From positions 416,001-480,000 of the forward strand of contig CAWIAD010000002.1 in assembly GCA_963833985.1 (NCBI GenBank): a DNA stretch of 64,000 nt, given 5' to 3'. This DNA is from an uncultured Planctomycetaceae bacterium (GTDB lineage: Bacteria > Planctomycetota > Planctomycetia > Isosphaerales > Isosphaeraceae). Of this stretch, positions 9,869-19,887 are shown one piece after another; position 1 is the first letter of the stretch; each line of letters begins with the position of its first letter. Under the pieces are notes generated by a model. It did no database searches, had not been told where the DNA came from, and worked only from the letters and a program-made list of their open reading frames with translations. The position numbers were made by a program, and so were the translations under genes.

Positions 9869-11131
9869 TCAAAGCTCCCAGATCGATCTCCGCGTCAGGA
9901 GCACCGCGAGCGTGGCGCCCACACAGCTCACGCCCATGAAGGCACCTGCCAGCTTGGTCCCCGTGATCCCGGCGAGAGAGCCGATGAGGATGACACCCAG
10001 CGGAATGAATCCACGGTCCATGAGGGCGATGCTCAGGATCCGGCCTCTCAAGGCGTCTGGGACATGGAGTTGAAGGGTGATCCGGCTGGTGGTGCGATAA
10101 ACCTGGCTACAGGCGCCGACGAGGAACAGCGTGACAGCGGCCGCTGTGACGGAGGGCGCCAGGGTGAAGAACAGCAGGCCGACCCCGAACCCGACGCATG
10201 AGAGGATGAGATACCGCCCGGCCCTCACGCGGGTGCCGGGCAGAGACAGCCAGGTCGAGCCGGCCAGGGCCCCCGCCGCCGAGATGGAAAGCAAGAGGCC
10301 ATACCCCGCGGGACCGACGTGCAGCAGGTCGCGGGCGAACAATGGCAGCAACGCCGTGTAAGGGAAGCCAAAGACCATGGGAACAACCGCCAGGATCAGC
10401 AGCGACTGGACCACACGGTCATTCCGGAGAAAGCCGATCGCCTCACGGATGGTGGATTTGGTCTCAGCACGAGACAGCCGGTCTGATGCCCCTTCCTGCA
10501 CGTCCGCGAGCGTCCAGAGCACGGCCATGAAGCTCGCGCCGTTGATCCAGAAGAGCGCCTCGATCGGCAAGAGCGTGACCAGGACGCCAGCGATGGCAGG
10601 CCCGATGATGTGCGCAAGGTTCATTCCCGCGGTATGGCTGGCCACGGCGGCCGGCATGCACTGCCTCGACACCAGGGCGGGCAACAAAGCGTTGCGGATC
10701 GGCGGCACCATGGCGGCCAGGCTGGCCCGCACTGCGACGACAAGGGCGAGGATGGAGAACCGACATCGCATCCCCACCAGCGCGGCGAGGAGAAAGGTCA
10801 GCATCATTGTGCCCCCCTGCAACCAGATCAGAGCACGGCGCCGGTCCATCCTGTCGGCGACGACTCCCGCGGGCAGACTCATCGCGAAGACGGGCACCAG
10901 ACGGCAGACGTTGATCAGGCCAAGCTGAACGGCTGATCCGGTCAGGGTCAGCACGGCCCAGTTGAGCGCGGCCAGGTCCATCCAATCGCCGATCCAGGAG
11001 ATGAGATTACCGACCATGAAGATACGAAACGGACGGCAGCGGAAGACCCACTCCGGCCCGCTTGCGGCCGGCGCGACGTCCGGAAGGAGCGTAGGACCTG
11101 AACGCCTCCTGAGGATGGTTGTGCAGGTCAT
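9869..11131 (-). CDS. MFS transporter (EntS/MFS_3-like exporter)
   Basis: About 12 hydrophobic segments; motif A GVVADRMDRRR; VPDALRGRILS; ATGA overlap with the synthetase stop. Confidence 0.88.
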   Translation of the reverse strand: MTCTTILRRRSGPTLLPDVAPAASGPEWVFRCRPFRIFMVGNLISWIGDWMDLAALNWAVLTLTGSAVQLGLINVCRLVPVFAMSLPAGVVADRMDRRRALIWLQGGTMMLTFLLAALVGMRCRFSILALVVAVRASLAAMVPPIRNALLPALVSRQCMPAAVASHTAGMNLAHIIGPAIAGVLVTLLPIEALFWINGASFMAVLWTLADVQEGASDRLSRAETKSTIREAIGFLRNDRVVQSLLILAVVPMVFGFPYTALLPLFARDLLHVGPAGYGLLLSISAAGALAGSTWLSLPGTRVRAGRYLILSCVGFGVGLLFFTLAPSVTAAAVTLFLVGACSQVYRTTSRITLQLHVPDALRGRILSIALMDRGFIPLGVILIGSLAGITGTKLAGAFMGVSCVGATLAVLLTRRSIWEL

Positions 11132-13203
11132 GACTTCGACTGCCCCTCCGCAAGGCGGGCATGGCCAGGGGAGAGGCACGGAGAAAACAGAGGGTTGGCG
11201 ACTTCTCGGTAAGTGTATTCGGTCACATCGCCCTTGAGCCGCATCGTGGTCAACGCCTTGAGGGCGAGCTTGGCCTGAAAGAGCGCCTCCTCGTCGGCAC
11301 GCACTGATGTGCTCAGTTCCGGCCTGGATTTCAGCCGCGCCAGCTCGCGCCTGGCCACGCAGGCCACCCTGGCCCAGAGCGGCCCCTCGTCGATGCGATA
11401 GTGACGCGCGATGGTGTGGATGAGTTCGGCCAGATGGTTCTGGAAGAAGGAGTAGTAGAGCTTGTTGCGCAGATCCTCCTGGTTCCTGGCAAGAATCGCC
11501 GAACCGGGCACCGCGGTGAAGGACAGGCCTTGCTGTTCCAGCCGCTCAGGCCAGATCCGGACCGCACCCAGGTCGCGGACCAGCATCCTCACCGGTTCGC
11601 CGTCCCGGAAGACGGTGACGCTGTTCTGCATGTGGCCCTCCAGGGCAATTCCGTACTGGCACATGAGCGTGAGCATGCCGGGCACCGAGACCTCCGCATA
11701 ACGTGCCACGAAGGCCGCACTCGCCGCCTGCGGGGCGGTGCATCCGGTCGATGCACCGTAGGCCTCGATCAATTCCGCGACAATCGGCCTGCCGCTGAGT
11801 GGCGAATCGGCGGTCAGGGCGGCTGCCGGCATGGCAATCTCCCCCTCGTTCACGTGGTTTTCCGGGTTCTCTCGCACAATAGCCGCCAGGTGTTTCGCCT
11901 GGGCGGCCGCGAGTTCCGGCTCGAGCTCGGAATCGGCGGAGAGGTAGTGGATGCCTGCGTCCTCGGACAGAGGCACCAGCGTGCCCCGGAAGTACAGCTC
12001 CCGTGCACGAATCCGGTCCAACAGGGAGCTGAGCCGGGGCCCGTTCTCCACCGCAAACGGCGAGACCGTGCGCACCGCGCTGGTCATGTGCACGTCGATC
12101 GCCGTCTTGAGATGGTGCTTGCCTTCGCCCTGTCGCTGCACGGGCGCGAACGATCGAACAGAGATCAGCGCCTGCGCCGGGATCACTGCTTTGGGTATGG
12201 GAATGACGTCGCCCCGGCGGATTGGCTCGGCGTACAGTCGGGGCAGCGTGTGCCGGAGCTGCCATGGGTGCACGGGAACCAGCTCATAGTCCGCGAGGCT
12301 GCGTCCCATGCGGCTCAATTCCGCCGCCACGACCGCGCCCGCCTGGGGATGTTCGCGAAGCAGAATCTGCGTGGGGCCTTCGGGCTCCCGGGTATGCGTG
12401 CGGCAACAGCCGCGTGCCACGGCGACAAGCGCGAGGTCTGGCCGCGCACCCCACTCGGGAGCGTACTGCATGACATCCTCGGGCTCCATGCCGAGCTTCA
12501 TACGGCAACCGGGATGGAGCGGATGCCCACTGACAACGCACTGCTCAAAGAAGGCCAGGGGGCTGAAGCTGGCGTCCAGCCGCTTCATGACGGCCGCATG
12601 TTGCAGCGAGGTGCTCAGGCCCAGGCGGTGTCCCCACCGGCGCAGCGAGGCCGTCCGCCGTGCCGCGCCGACGAGAGACAGGATAAGGTTGGTCGAGCTG
12701 TTGTCGAGCTCGTACCGCAGCCGTTCCAGTCGTCTTTTGGCCTCGAGATCGCCGTCCCCGGCGAGTTCCTCGCCGGCGAGCAGGTCGAGCAGCTCACCGG
12801 GGTGGTCGACCACGGAGGACTGGCCGCGATCGACGAGAATCAGCTCTCCATCCGCCTCGAAGCGGTCCAGTGCCATCCTCCGGGAGACAGAGATCCGCAG
12901 CGAGCGGCCGCGGAACAGTCGAACGACGAGCGTCGTGCCGCCGTCCATCCAGGAGCTGCGATCGAGCGCACCTGCCATGTTCTCGCGAATCGCGGCCTGA
13001 AGCAGGCGAAGCAAGACACCTCGGCGGCCCGAGCGGAGGAAGTGGAGGAATTGCGGCAGCAAATCGGGTCTGATTGTCCCCAGGCGATCAAGGACCCGGG
13101 TTTCCTCCGCACTGAGCTCGGGGGCCAGCACCGCGCTGGCCATCCCGGAATGGGGAACTGGCGGCGTGGTCCTGGGGAAACTGTCCAGCGTCTGAATCGT
13201 CAT
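11128..13203 (-). CDS. IucA/IucC family NRPS-independent siderophore (NIS) synthetase
   Basis: GHPLHP, PVHPWQ, SVRS, HLKTA, EGHMQN and RDLG motifs; FhuF-like C-terminal region. Confidence 0.9.
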   Translation of the reverse strand: MTIQTLDSFPRTTPPVPHSGMASAVLAPELSAEETRVLDRLGTIRPDLLPQFLHFLRSGRRGVLLRLLQAAIRENMAGALDRSSWMDGGTTLVVRLFRGRSLRISVSRRMALDRFEADGELILVDRGQSSVVDHPGELLDLLAGEELAGDGDLEAKRRLERLRYELDNSSTNLILSLVGAARRTASLRRWGHRLGLSTSLQHAAVMKRLDASFSPLAFFEQCVVSGHPLHPGCRMKLGMEPEDVMQYAPEWGARPDLALVAVARGCCRTHTREPEGPTQILLREHPQAGAVVAAELSRMGRSLADYELVPVHPWQLRHTLPRLYAEPIRRGDVIPIPKAVIPAQALISVRSFAPVQRQGEGKHHLKTAIDVHMTSAVRTVSPFAVENGPRLSSLLDRIRARELYFRGTLVPLSEDAGIHYLSADSELEPELAAAQAKHLAAIVRENPENHVNEGEIAMPAAALTADSPLSGRPIVAELIEAYGASTGCTAPQAASAAFVARYAEVSVPGMLTLMCQYGIALEGHMQNSVTVFRDGEPVRMLVRDLGAVRIWPERLEQQGLSFTAVPGSAILARNQEDLRNKLYYSFFQNHLAELIHTIARHYRIDEGPLWARVACVARRELARLKSRPELSTSVRADEEALFQAKLALKALTTMRLKGDVTEYTYREVANPLFSPCLSPGHARLAEGQSKS

Positions 13204-13288
13204 CGGTTCTCCTCGTCTTGAAGCGGGCCGGGGTTCACCACGGCATGAGGGAGGCTCGGTATGAGTCGCAATGAATCAGGGTGGCCAC

Positions 13289-14413
13289 TCAGGCCGCGGT
13301 CTCAATCGCAGTCCTGGGAGTCTGGGTGTGGAGCACGGCGAGTCGCCTCAGGACGTTCGGCAAGGAGGGGTCTTCTCTGTACCAGGCGATGATCTCGTCG
13401 GCCGGCACGAGACGGCTCGCAAGGCGTTGCGCGAAAGCCTTCAGCGCGGCCGTCTCAAAGCCCCACATCGGCAAGACCCGGTTGGCGCGCTCCAGCACCT
13501 CCGCGGCACGCTCCCGCACATGGTTGACCGCCAGGCCGTCACGCGCCACGGCGCCCAGGTCATACACGCGTGACTGGAGCGTGGAACGGCCCTTCAGCCC
13601 CTGGTCCAGGAGTAACGTCAGCCAGAGAAGGAAGTACGCCTCAAAATCGGCAACTCTGTGCGACATTTCGAAGCCCTTGAATTCCGTCCGGCCCCCCTGC
13701 GCGGGATGTAGCCGTAAAGGCTGCCCGAACACGCTGCGGCGGTGTGTTCGGAGCGATTTCCCGATTCTGCCCGCGGTCATCCACGGCTGCCCGCGATGAA
13801 AGGGTGACGCGAGGCTCATGACCGCCAGCGCCGGAGCATAGTGGTTCACCTTGGCGATCAGGTCGGTCTCGATGATCCGCTCCGAGAGCCGCGCAGGCAG
13901 ACTGATGTTCACGTCCGGACCATACGTCAGCATGGCCTGCATCGACCAGTTCCAGCGCTCGATCGTCCGGCTGCCGCGCGGACCCTCGAAATGATCATCG
14001 AGCGGGTGGTGGGAGAGGGCGACGGCCTGCCAGCCTCGGTCTGCCAGGGCACGCTGAAGCCGCTCGTGCAGGGTGGCGAACAAGGAGAGTGTTTCCGCAA
14101 TCGACGAGCGCGGAGGTGTTCGGATCTCGATTCCCTTGGGTATGAGGTCCGGCTCGGCGGCGTCCACGTCGGGGACATGGTAACCCTCCACATAGTAGTG
14201 CATCAGCCGGCCGTGCGGCCGGATCAGCTCCAGACCATGAGGTGGCGGCAGATCGCCGACGGAGATCGACTCCAGCACCTCGTTCAACGCCCGGAAGCTC
14301 ATCTCCCGAAAGCTGAGGGGCCGGAACGTCGCCGCGTCGACGAGTAGGTACTCCGCCTCCAGTCCGAAGCGGAAGCGGTCTTCCCGGTGATTTCGCCTTG
14401 CTGTCTGATTCAT
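13289..14413 (-). CDS. Glutamate-cysteine ligase family 2 (GCS2/YbdK-like carboxylate-amine ligase)
   Basis: FGLEAEYLLVD, GIEIRTP, YGPDVNIS, SLASPF, GRTEFK; RBS GGAG before the ATG at 14413. Confidence 0.75.
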   Translation of the reverse strand: MNQTARRNHREDRFRFGLEAEYLLVDAATFRPLSFREMSFRALNEVLESISVGDLPPPHGLELIRPHGRLMHYYVEGYHVPDVDAAEPDLIPKGIEIRTPPRSSIAETLSLFATLHERLQRALADRGWQAVALSHHPLDDHFEGPRGSRTIERWNWSMQAMLTYGPDVNISLPARLSERIIETDLIAKVNHYAPALAVMSLASPFHRGQPWMTAGRIGKSLRTHRRSVFGQPLRLHPAQGGRTEFKGFEMSHRVADFEAYFLLWLTLLLDQGLKGRSTLQSRVYDLGAVARDGLAVNHVRERAAEVLERANRVLPMWGFETAALKAFAQRLASRLVPADEIIAWYREDPSLPNVLRRLAVLHTQTPRTAIETAA

Positions 14414-15417
14414 TGTTGTTTCTCCAAAGCTGGATGAGGAAGCCGGGCTCGGTGTCCCTGAAGAGCGCCTCTCGCATGCGAGCCCGCGGAACCTGGTGGT
14501 CCTCACGAGGGACCGCCATCGTGTCCGGAACCCGACGCACGTGAGCCGTCCTGCGGGGGCGGCTTGAAAGGGACGGCCTGGACGCGAGACGATCCACGCC
14601 ATTGGATTGACCACGGCTGCGCGAGCCCGAACGCTCGGGCCTGGCCGGTCTCGCCGGCAAACTCCGTGTGCCGGCGTGGAAGCGCCCGCACACGGAATCG
14701 GCATGTTGTCTTCCAGAGACCCGCTCGTTGCTCGGGCGGGAGAGCGGATCAAATCGAGCGCTGGCACGGACGCTAAGAACTGCGTGCCTGATCCACAGGG
14801 TGACCGAAGGCCGACGAAACCGGGCGGCATTCGCTTCTTGAGCTACGACTGGGCTGGAACGTCCCGGCGTGCTTGGGGTTGCGCCTCGCATCTCCATCGT
14901 CTTCCTGGATGCCCACTCTGGCGACAGGTTCATCGGCCCTCATCGCCGGTGGCTGCGCCGGGCGTGAAAAAACCGGCGACATGGGCTTTTGAAAAAAGTG
15001 CGCGCGCCAACCAGGGGTTCGGCGCGATCTACAAGGTGGAGGGCCACCCGGATCGAGTCTGGCCGAGCTTCCGCGAGACACAGTATTCAAAGCATTACGG
15101 AAGTTGAGCCGGCGTCAGAGATGTTGATTTCGCTCAACGACACGAATGTGTGCGACTGTCCAGATCGCTTGTCAAAAGCGCCTGTTTGTGTCATAAGAAT
15201 GTGTGAAGCGGGGTTGCTGAAGGTGCCAGCCCGCGACCGTCCGTTCTCTTCTCGTTTTCTAACCAAATAAATCCGGGTTTTTCTTCGACATGGTCTATTC
15301 ACGATCATTCATGGTTCGCCGTGCGCCCTTACAGCATGTCCCGGCGGGAGTCGTCACCAGTTTAGTCGAACGCACCAAGCCAGGGAGTGAGCTGCAACGT
15401 TCCGAGGACCATCCGTC

Positions 15418-16656
15418 ATGAGCAGGCACGGTAGGCATTCCCGACGCTTGATCGGGGTTCTGGCCCCACGCGCGGAGCAACTCGAAGACAGGAGGCTCCT
15501 GAGCTCTGTGACGGGAAGTTTTCTCTCGGGGGAGGATCCTCTCTCTGGAGATGGTGGCGTGCCCGCGCAGGTCAGCACCGGGGAGGGCGCAGGCTCCTCC
15601 GCCCCGAGTACACCGGCCGCCATACCGGAGAGCGCGACACCAAACACGGAGTCGCCTGCGGTGGGCACTGTACCCAGCGTGCAGGCGAGCGAGGATGGTC
15701 CTACCGCGCCGGTTCCGGTCTCAAGCGACCATGAAGTGGCGCCGGCCCCTGCGTCCGCGGCTTCGATTTCAGCGGTGAGCCGCCCGGTGATGAAGACGGT
15801 CGCGCCCACGGCAACTCCGGCCGCGTCTTCTCCAGCGACGCCGGCCTCGCTCGCTTCCTCCTCGGCAACTGCATCGAGTGCCAGCCAGTCGAACGCGGCC
15901 GACGATCAGACTCCCGTCGATGATATCTCCAGTGAATCGACCGTCAGCGATGCGTCCGCATCGAATGCGGGGATTATCGGGAACTCCCCGGCTGACGGTC
16001 TCACGCAGTCCGCCAGCAATGGCGGCGATTTGACTGGCAATACCTCACCGACAGGATCGGCAGGCGCAAGCCCGGCCACGGGCGCACGCGGCGCTTCCTC
16101 GGCGAACGACCCGCAGGGGGCAGCGGCCCTGGCATTGCCTGGCAACGGGTGGACCCGTCGCGAGTCGCTTTCGGAACAGGAAGCCGCGGCCCTGTTGAAC
16201 AAGCTCGCCAGCTCCAACGGCGTGCCCGAGTACCTCGTGACCGCAGCCGGCAGCGAGCCTGGTGCATCCGCCACCGCCGATCACTCACGCTCGCAAGCAG
16301 TTTCCGCAGGAGACACGGGACAGTCAGAACCCGGGACTCTGTCCGGAGATGCCTCGGCACCCGAGCCCGTGGCACCTTCTCCAACCTACGCCGATCTGCT
16401 CACCAATTTCTTGCCGATCGACCGGGCCTCGCTCGATAGCGCCATCGACCATGTTCTCGACAACTTCGATGCTTTCGGATCAGGATTCACGGATCTGAAG
16501 GCCATCGAGGGGCTCGCACTGCCGATCGCCGCGGGAGTGGTCATCATTCTGGGCACGGAAGCGACCATGAACCGGCGTGCACGCGCGGAGCGACGGCAAC
16601 AACGTGACGAGACGGAGAATCCGATTGTTCATCCGCTTCTGGGCCTGCCGGCCTGA
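15418..16656 (+). CDS. Planctomycete extracellular-signal protein, Ser/Ala/Pro-rich, with a C-terminal TM helix
   Basis: EQLEDRRLLS N-terminal motif; low-complexity body; hydrophobic LALPIAAGVVIILG followed by basic residues. Confidence 0.7.
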   Translation: MSRHGRHSRRLIGVLAPRAEQLEDRRLLSSVTGSFLSGEDPLSGDGGVPAQVSTGEGAGSSAPSTPAAIPESATPNTESPAVGTVPSVQASEDGPTAPVPVSSDHEVAPAPASAASISAVSRPVMKTVAPTATPAASSPATPASLASSSATASSASQSNAADDQTPVDDISSESTVSDASASNAGIIGNSPADGLTQSASNGGDLTGNTSPTGSAGASPATGARGASSANDPQGAAALALPGNGWTRRESLSEQEAAALLNKLASSNGVPEYLVTAAGSEPGASATADHSRSQAVSAGDTGQSEPGTLSGDASAPEPVAPSPTYADLLTNFLPIDRASLDSAIDHVLDNFDAFGSGFTDLKAIEGLALPIAAGVVIILGTEATMNRRARAERRQQRDETENPIVHPLLGLPA

Positions 16657-16674
16657 ACTAGCGAGTTTCGATCC

Positions 16675-17250
16675 ATGAATGCTGACCCGCTGGACAACGT
16701 CCTGGAGCAGTTGAACCGGGGAGACAACCTGGCAGCGGAGAAGATCTTCCGCGATTTCGAGCCGTTCCTGCGAGCCATGGTACGGAGGCGCCTGACTTCC
16801 CCTTTGCGGGCCAAGTTTGATTCGATGGATGTCGTCCAGTCGGCCTGGTCCGAACTGCTGGAAGGATTTCGCTCCGGTGCCAGGGAATTCAAGGACCTGT
16901 CGCACCTGAGGGCGTTCCTGGCCAGGGTCACCTACAATCACTTTGTCAACCAGTGCCGCCACAACAGTGCGGCGCTGGAGCGCGAGGAGGCGTTTCGAAC
17001 CGACGAGTGCCAGACAATTCCCGCGTCCGCCCAGCCGCGCCCCAGCCAGGAGGCCCAGGCCGATGAGCTCTGGGACACGCTCGTCGACCTCTGCCCTCCC
17101 CAGCACCGCAAGATCCTGGAACTCAAGAGGCAAGGCCTCACCCTGGCGGAGATTGCCGAACACGTGGAGCTCCATGAGGGGAGCGTGCGACGCGTCCTTT
17201 ATGACCTGGCGAAGCGACTGGCCGCGCGGACGGGGCCCTCCGAGCTGTAA
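16675..17250 (+). CDS. ECF RNA polymerase sigma-70 factor
   Basis: Region 2 (LRAKFDSMDVVQSAW, LRAFLARV) and region 4 HTH (GLTLAEIAEHVELHEGSVRRVL). Confidence 0.9.
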   Translation: MNADPLDNVLEQLNRGDNLAAEKIFRDFEPFLRAMVRRRLTSPLRAKFDSMDVVQSAWSELLEGFRSGAREFKDLSHLRAFLARVTYNHFVNQCRHNSAALEREEAFRTDECQTIPASAQPRPSQEAQADELWDTLVDLCPPQHRKILELKRQGLTLAEIAEHVELHEGSVRRVLYDLAKRLAARTGPSEL

Positions 17251-17358
17251 ACCGATCTCGCCGCCGGCTGGGGCCGTCTCGATGCGAGGCGCACCGACCG
17301 GTCCGGCGGACGCCGGGCGCCAGGGACCGCGCTGCCCGAAACCGATTCAGACTGCGTC

Positions 17359-19867
17359 ATGAGCAGCAACAACGACGAGCCGCGTGAAACAGACCTGACC
17401 GGGTCGCTGGCGACCCGGCAAGTGGACCAGATGGTCTCTGCCTGGCGCAACGGCGAGCGCCCGCTGGCCGAGGAATTCCTCGCCAGTCACCCGGAGCTCG
17501 GCCATGAGGCCGCGATCCGTCTCATCTACGAGGAGGTGTGCCTTCGCCTGGAAGCCGGGATGCCTGTCGATCCCGAGGAGATCGCTGCGCGCTTTCCGCG
17601 CTGGAGCGAGGAGCTGAGAATCCTGCTCGACTGCCAGCTTCGCATTCATGAGACGTCTTCCGCACCGCTCTTCCCGGTCGTCGGTGAAGTTCTTGCCGGA
17701 TTCGAGTTGCTGACCGAGTTAGGTCAGGGAGTGTCCGGACGAGTGTTTCTAGCCACTCAACCGTCCCTGGCCGACCGGCCCGTCGTGCTCAAGGTGTCCC
17801 GCCGGGGCCGCGACGAACATCTCTCGCTGGCGCGGTTGCAGCACATGAACATCGTGCCCCTCTTCTCCGAGCACGTACTCCAGGCGCGTGGACTCCAGGT
17901 CCTCTGCATGCCCTTCCTCGGCGGAGCCACGCTCTCCCAGATCCTTGACGCCATGTCCGGAGTACCCGTCGAGAACCGGAGCGGAAAACAGCTTGTCTCC
18001 ACTCTGGATCAGCTCCAGTCACGATTGCCGATCGCACTTCCGGCACAGGGGCCCTTTCGCGATCATTTCGCTCGCTCCAGCTACGAGGCCGCGGTCTGCT
18101 CGATCGCCGCCTGCCTGGCCGATGCCTTGCAGTATGCTCACGACCGGAACCTGATCCACATGGACGTCAAGCCGTCCAACGTGCTGCTCGCCGCCGACGG
18201 CCAGCCGATGCTCCTGGACTTCCACCTGGCCAGAGAACCCATCGGCAGGGGCACCGCCCCGACCTGGATGGGCGGAACTCCGGAATTCATGGCACCCGAG
18301 CAGAGACGTGCCCTGGAATGCGTGCGCGAACGCAAGCCCATAACCCGGGTGGTGGATCGCCGGGCTGACCTCTACTCGCTCGGGTTGTTGCTGTACGACG
18401 CATTGGGTGGACGGCGGACCGCTTCCGCCGCGCCCCTCGCACCCCTTCACTCGCTCAATCCACGAGTCTCTCCGGGGCTCTCGGACATCGTCCGGAAGTG
18501 CCTGAATGCTGAGCCAGGCGGCCGGTATTCCGACGCCCTGGCGCTGGCGACAGACCTGCGAAGACACCTGGCGGACCTGCCTCTCAAAGGGGTCCGAGAT
18601 CGCAGCCCCCTGGAGCGGTGGCGGAAATGGCGGCGCCGTCATCCCACGGCCCTCTCACGCAACCTGATCCTGCTTGCACTGGCCCTGGCATCTCTCGCAA
18701 TCGTGACGCTCGCCTGGACCTCCTATCGCCAGCGCGTCAGCGTTGTCAAGGCGGCACTGATTGATAGCACCTCGCAACTGAAGCATCGCCAGTACGCCGA
18801 AGCCGTCGCGACGTTGCGGCGTAACCTCCCCCTCGCCGAGAGCCTGCCCGGTGCTGCCTCCTACCGGCACGCGCTGCGCGAGAACCTGCTCCTGGCTCAA
18901 AGAAACGAACAGGCCGTGGAATTGCACCGCTTTGCCGAGCTGCTCCGTTTTCGGTATGGAGTGGGAAACCCTTCGCCCGAGGAGGCCGAGTGGTTCCTTC
19001 CGCTCGCCCATTCCATCTGGGAGGTCCGCCGCGTTCTCGCCGCGACCGTGGAAAACAGCAACGAGGCCGAGATCCAGCAGCGGATCCAGGAAGACATGCA
19101 CGAATTCGTCGTACTCTGGGCTGATCTGCGCGTGCGTAACGCCGCACCAGGGGAGAGCAGTGCGGTCCGCCGCCAGGTACTGGAGCTTCTTGACGAGGCA
19201 GAGACCCTGTTTGGCCCAAGCCTGTTTCTGGACCGCTGCCGCCAGGAGTCCGCCAGGGCCCTGGGACAAACCCTCGCCCCGGCGTTGCAATCCCGCGCAC
19301 CCAGCTCCGCATGGGAACACTACGAGTGGGGTCGCGTCGACCTGAGGGCCGGCAACCTGGAACGTGCGGCTGACGAGTTCCAGGCCGGACTGGAAGAGCA
19401 CCCGGAGGACTTCTGGCTCAACTTCTTCCAGGGCCTGTGCGCTTACCGCCGCGGCCGGTTCCAGCAGGCGGTCACCGCTTTCGCCGTCTGCTGTGCCCTT
19501 TCGCCGCAGACCGCGGAGTGCTACTACAACCGCGCCCTGGCCTACCAGGCGCTTGGCGAGAGCGAGGCTGCCCTCAAGAACTACAGCCTGCGCGCTGCGC
19601 CTCAACAATCATCTCACCGACGCCGCATTGAACCAGGGAATTCTGCTCTACAAGTCGGGACGCCTGAGCGAGGCAAACACAGCACTCGTGCAAGCGCTGG
19701 ACACCACAAACCTGCCGGCGAAACTGGGCGAGATCCGCTACACCCTGGCCCTTATCGAGCTGGCCAAAGAGAACCGGTCCGGCGCCCTCGAGCACCTGAG
19801 GTCGGCATCGAAGTACGGCCATGCGGCCGCACGCGACCTCAGCGAACGAATGCGCAGCGGTCGATAG
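17359..19867 (+). CDS. Ser/Thr kinase with a TM helix and C-terminal TPR repeats (frameshift near 19588)
   Basis: GQGVSGRVF, HMDVKPSN, DFHLA, GGTPEFMAPE; TPRs (YYNRALAYQALG) continue in ORF 19364-19867 (ALNQGILLYKSG). Confidence 0.85.
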
Positions 19868-19887
19868 TCTAGCTGGTATGGGCGGTC

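Noticed and set aside
11401..13221. 606-aa plus-strand ORF over the NIS synthetase
   Set aside because: It is an antisense shadow of a well-supported gene.
14430..14540. ykkC/guanidine-I riboswitch (GGTTCCG...CGAGAG...GAGCCCGG on the minus strand)
   Set aside because: Only fragments resemble the consensus, the conserved 3' elements are missing, and the downstream genes do not fit.
14414..14830. N-terminal ORF-track extensions (GCS2 here; likewise TolC to 25102, rplO to 39031, rpsJ to 48452, rplC to 47743)
   Set aside because: The extensions look non-coding or overlap other genes; downstream starts fit the family N-termini or an RBS better.
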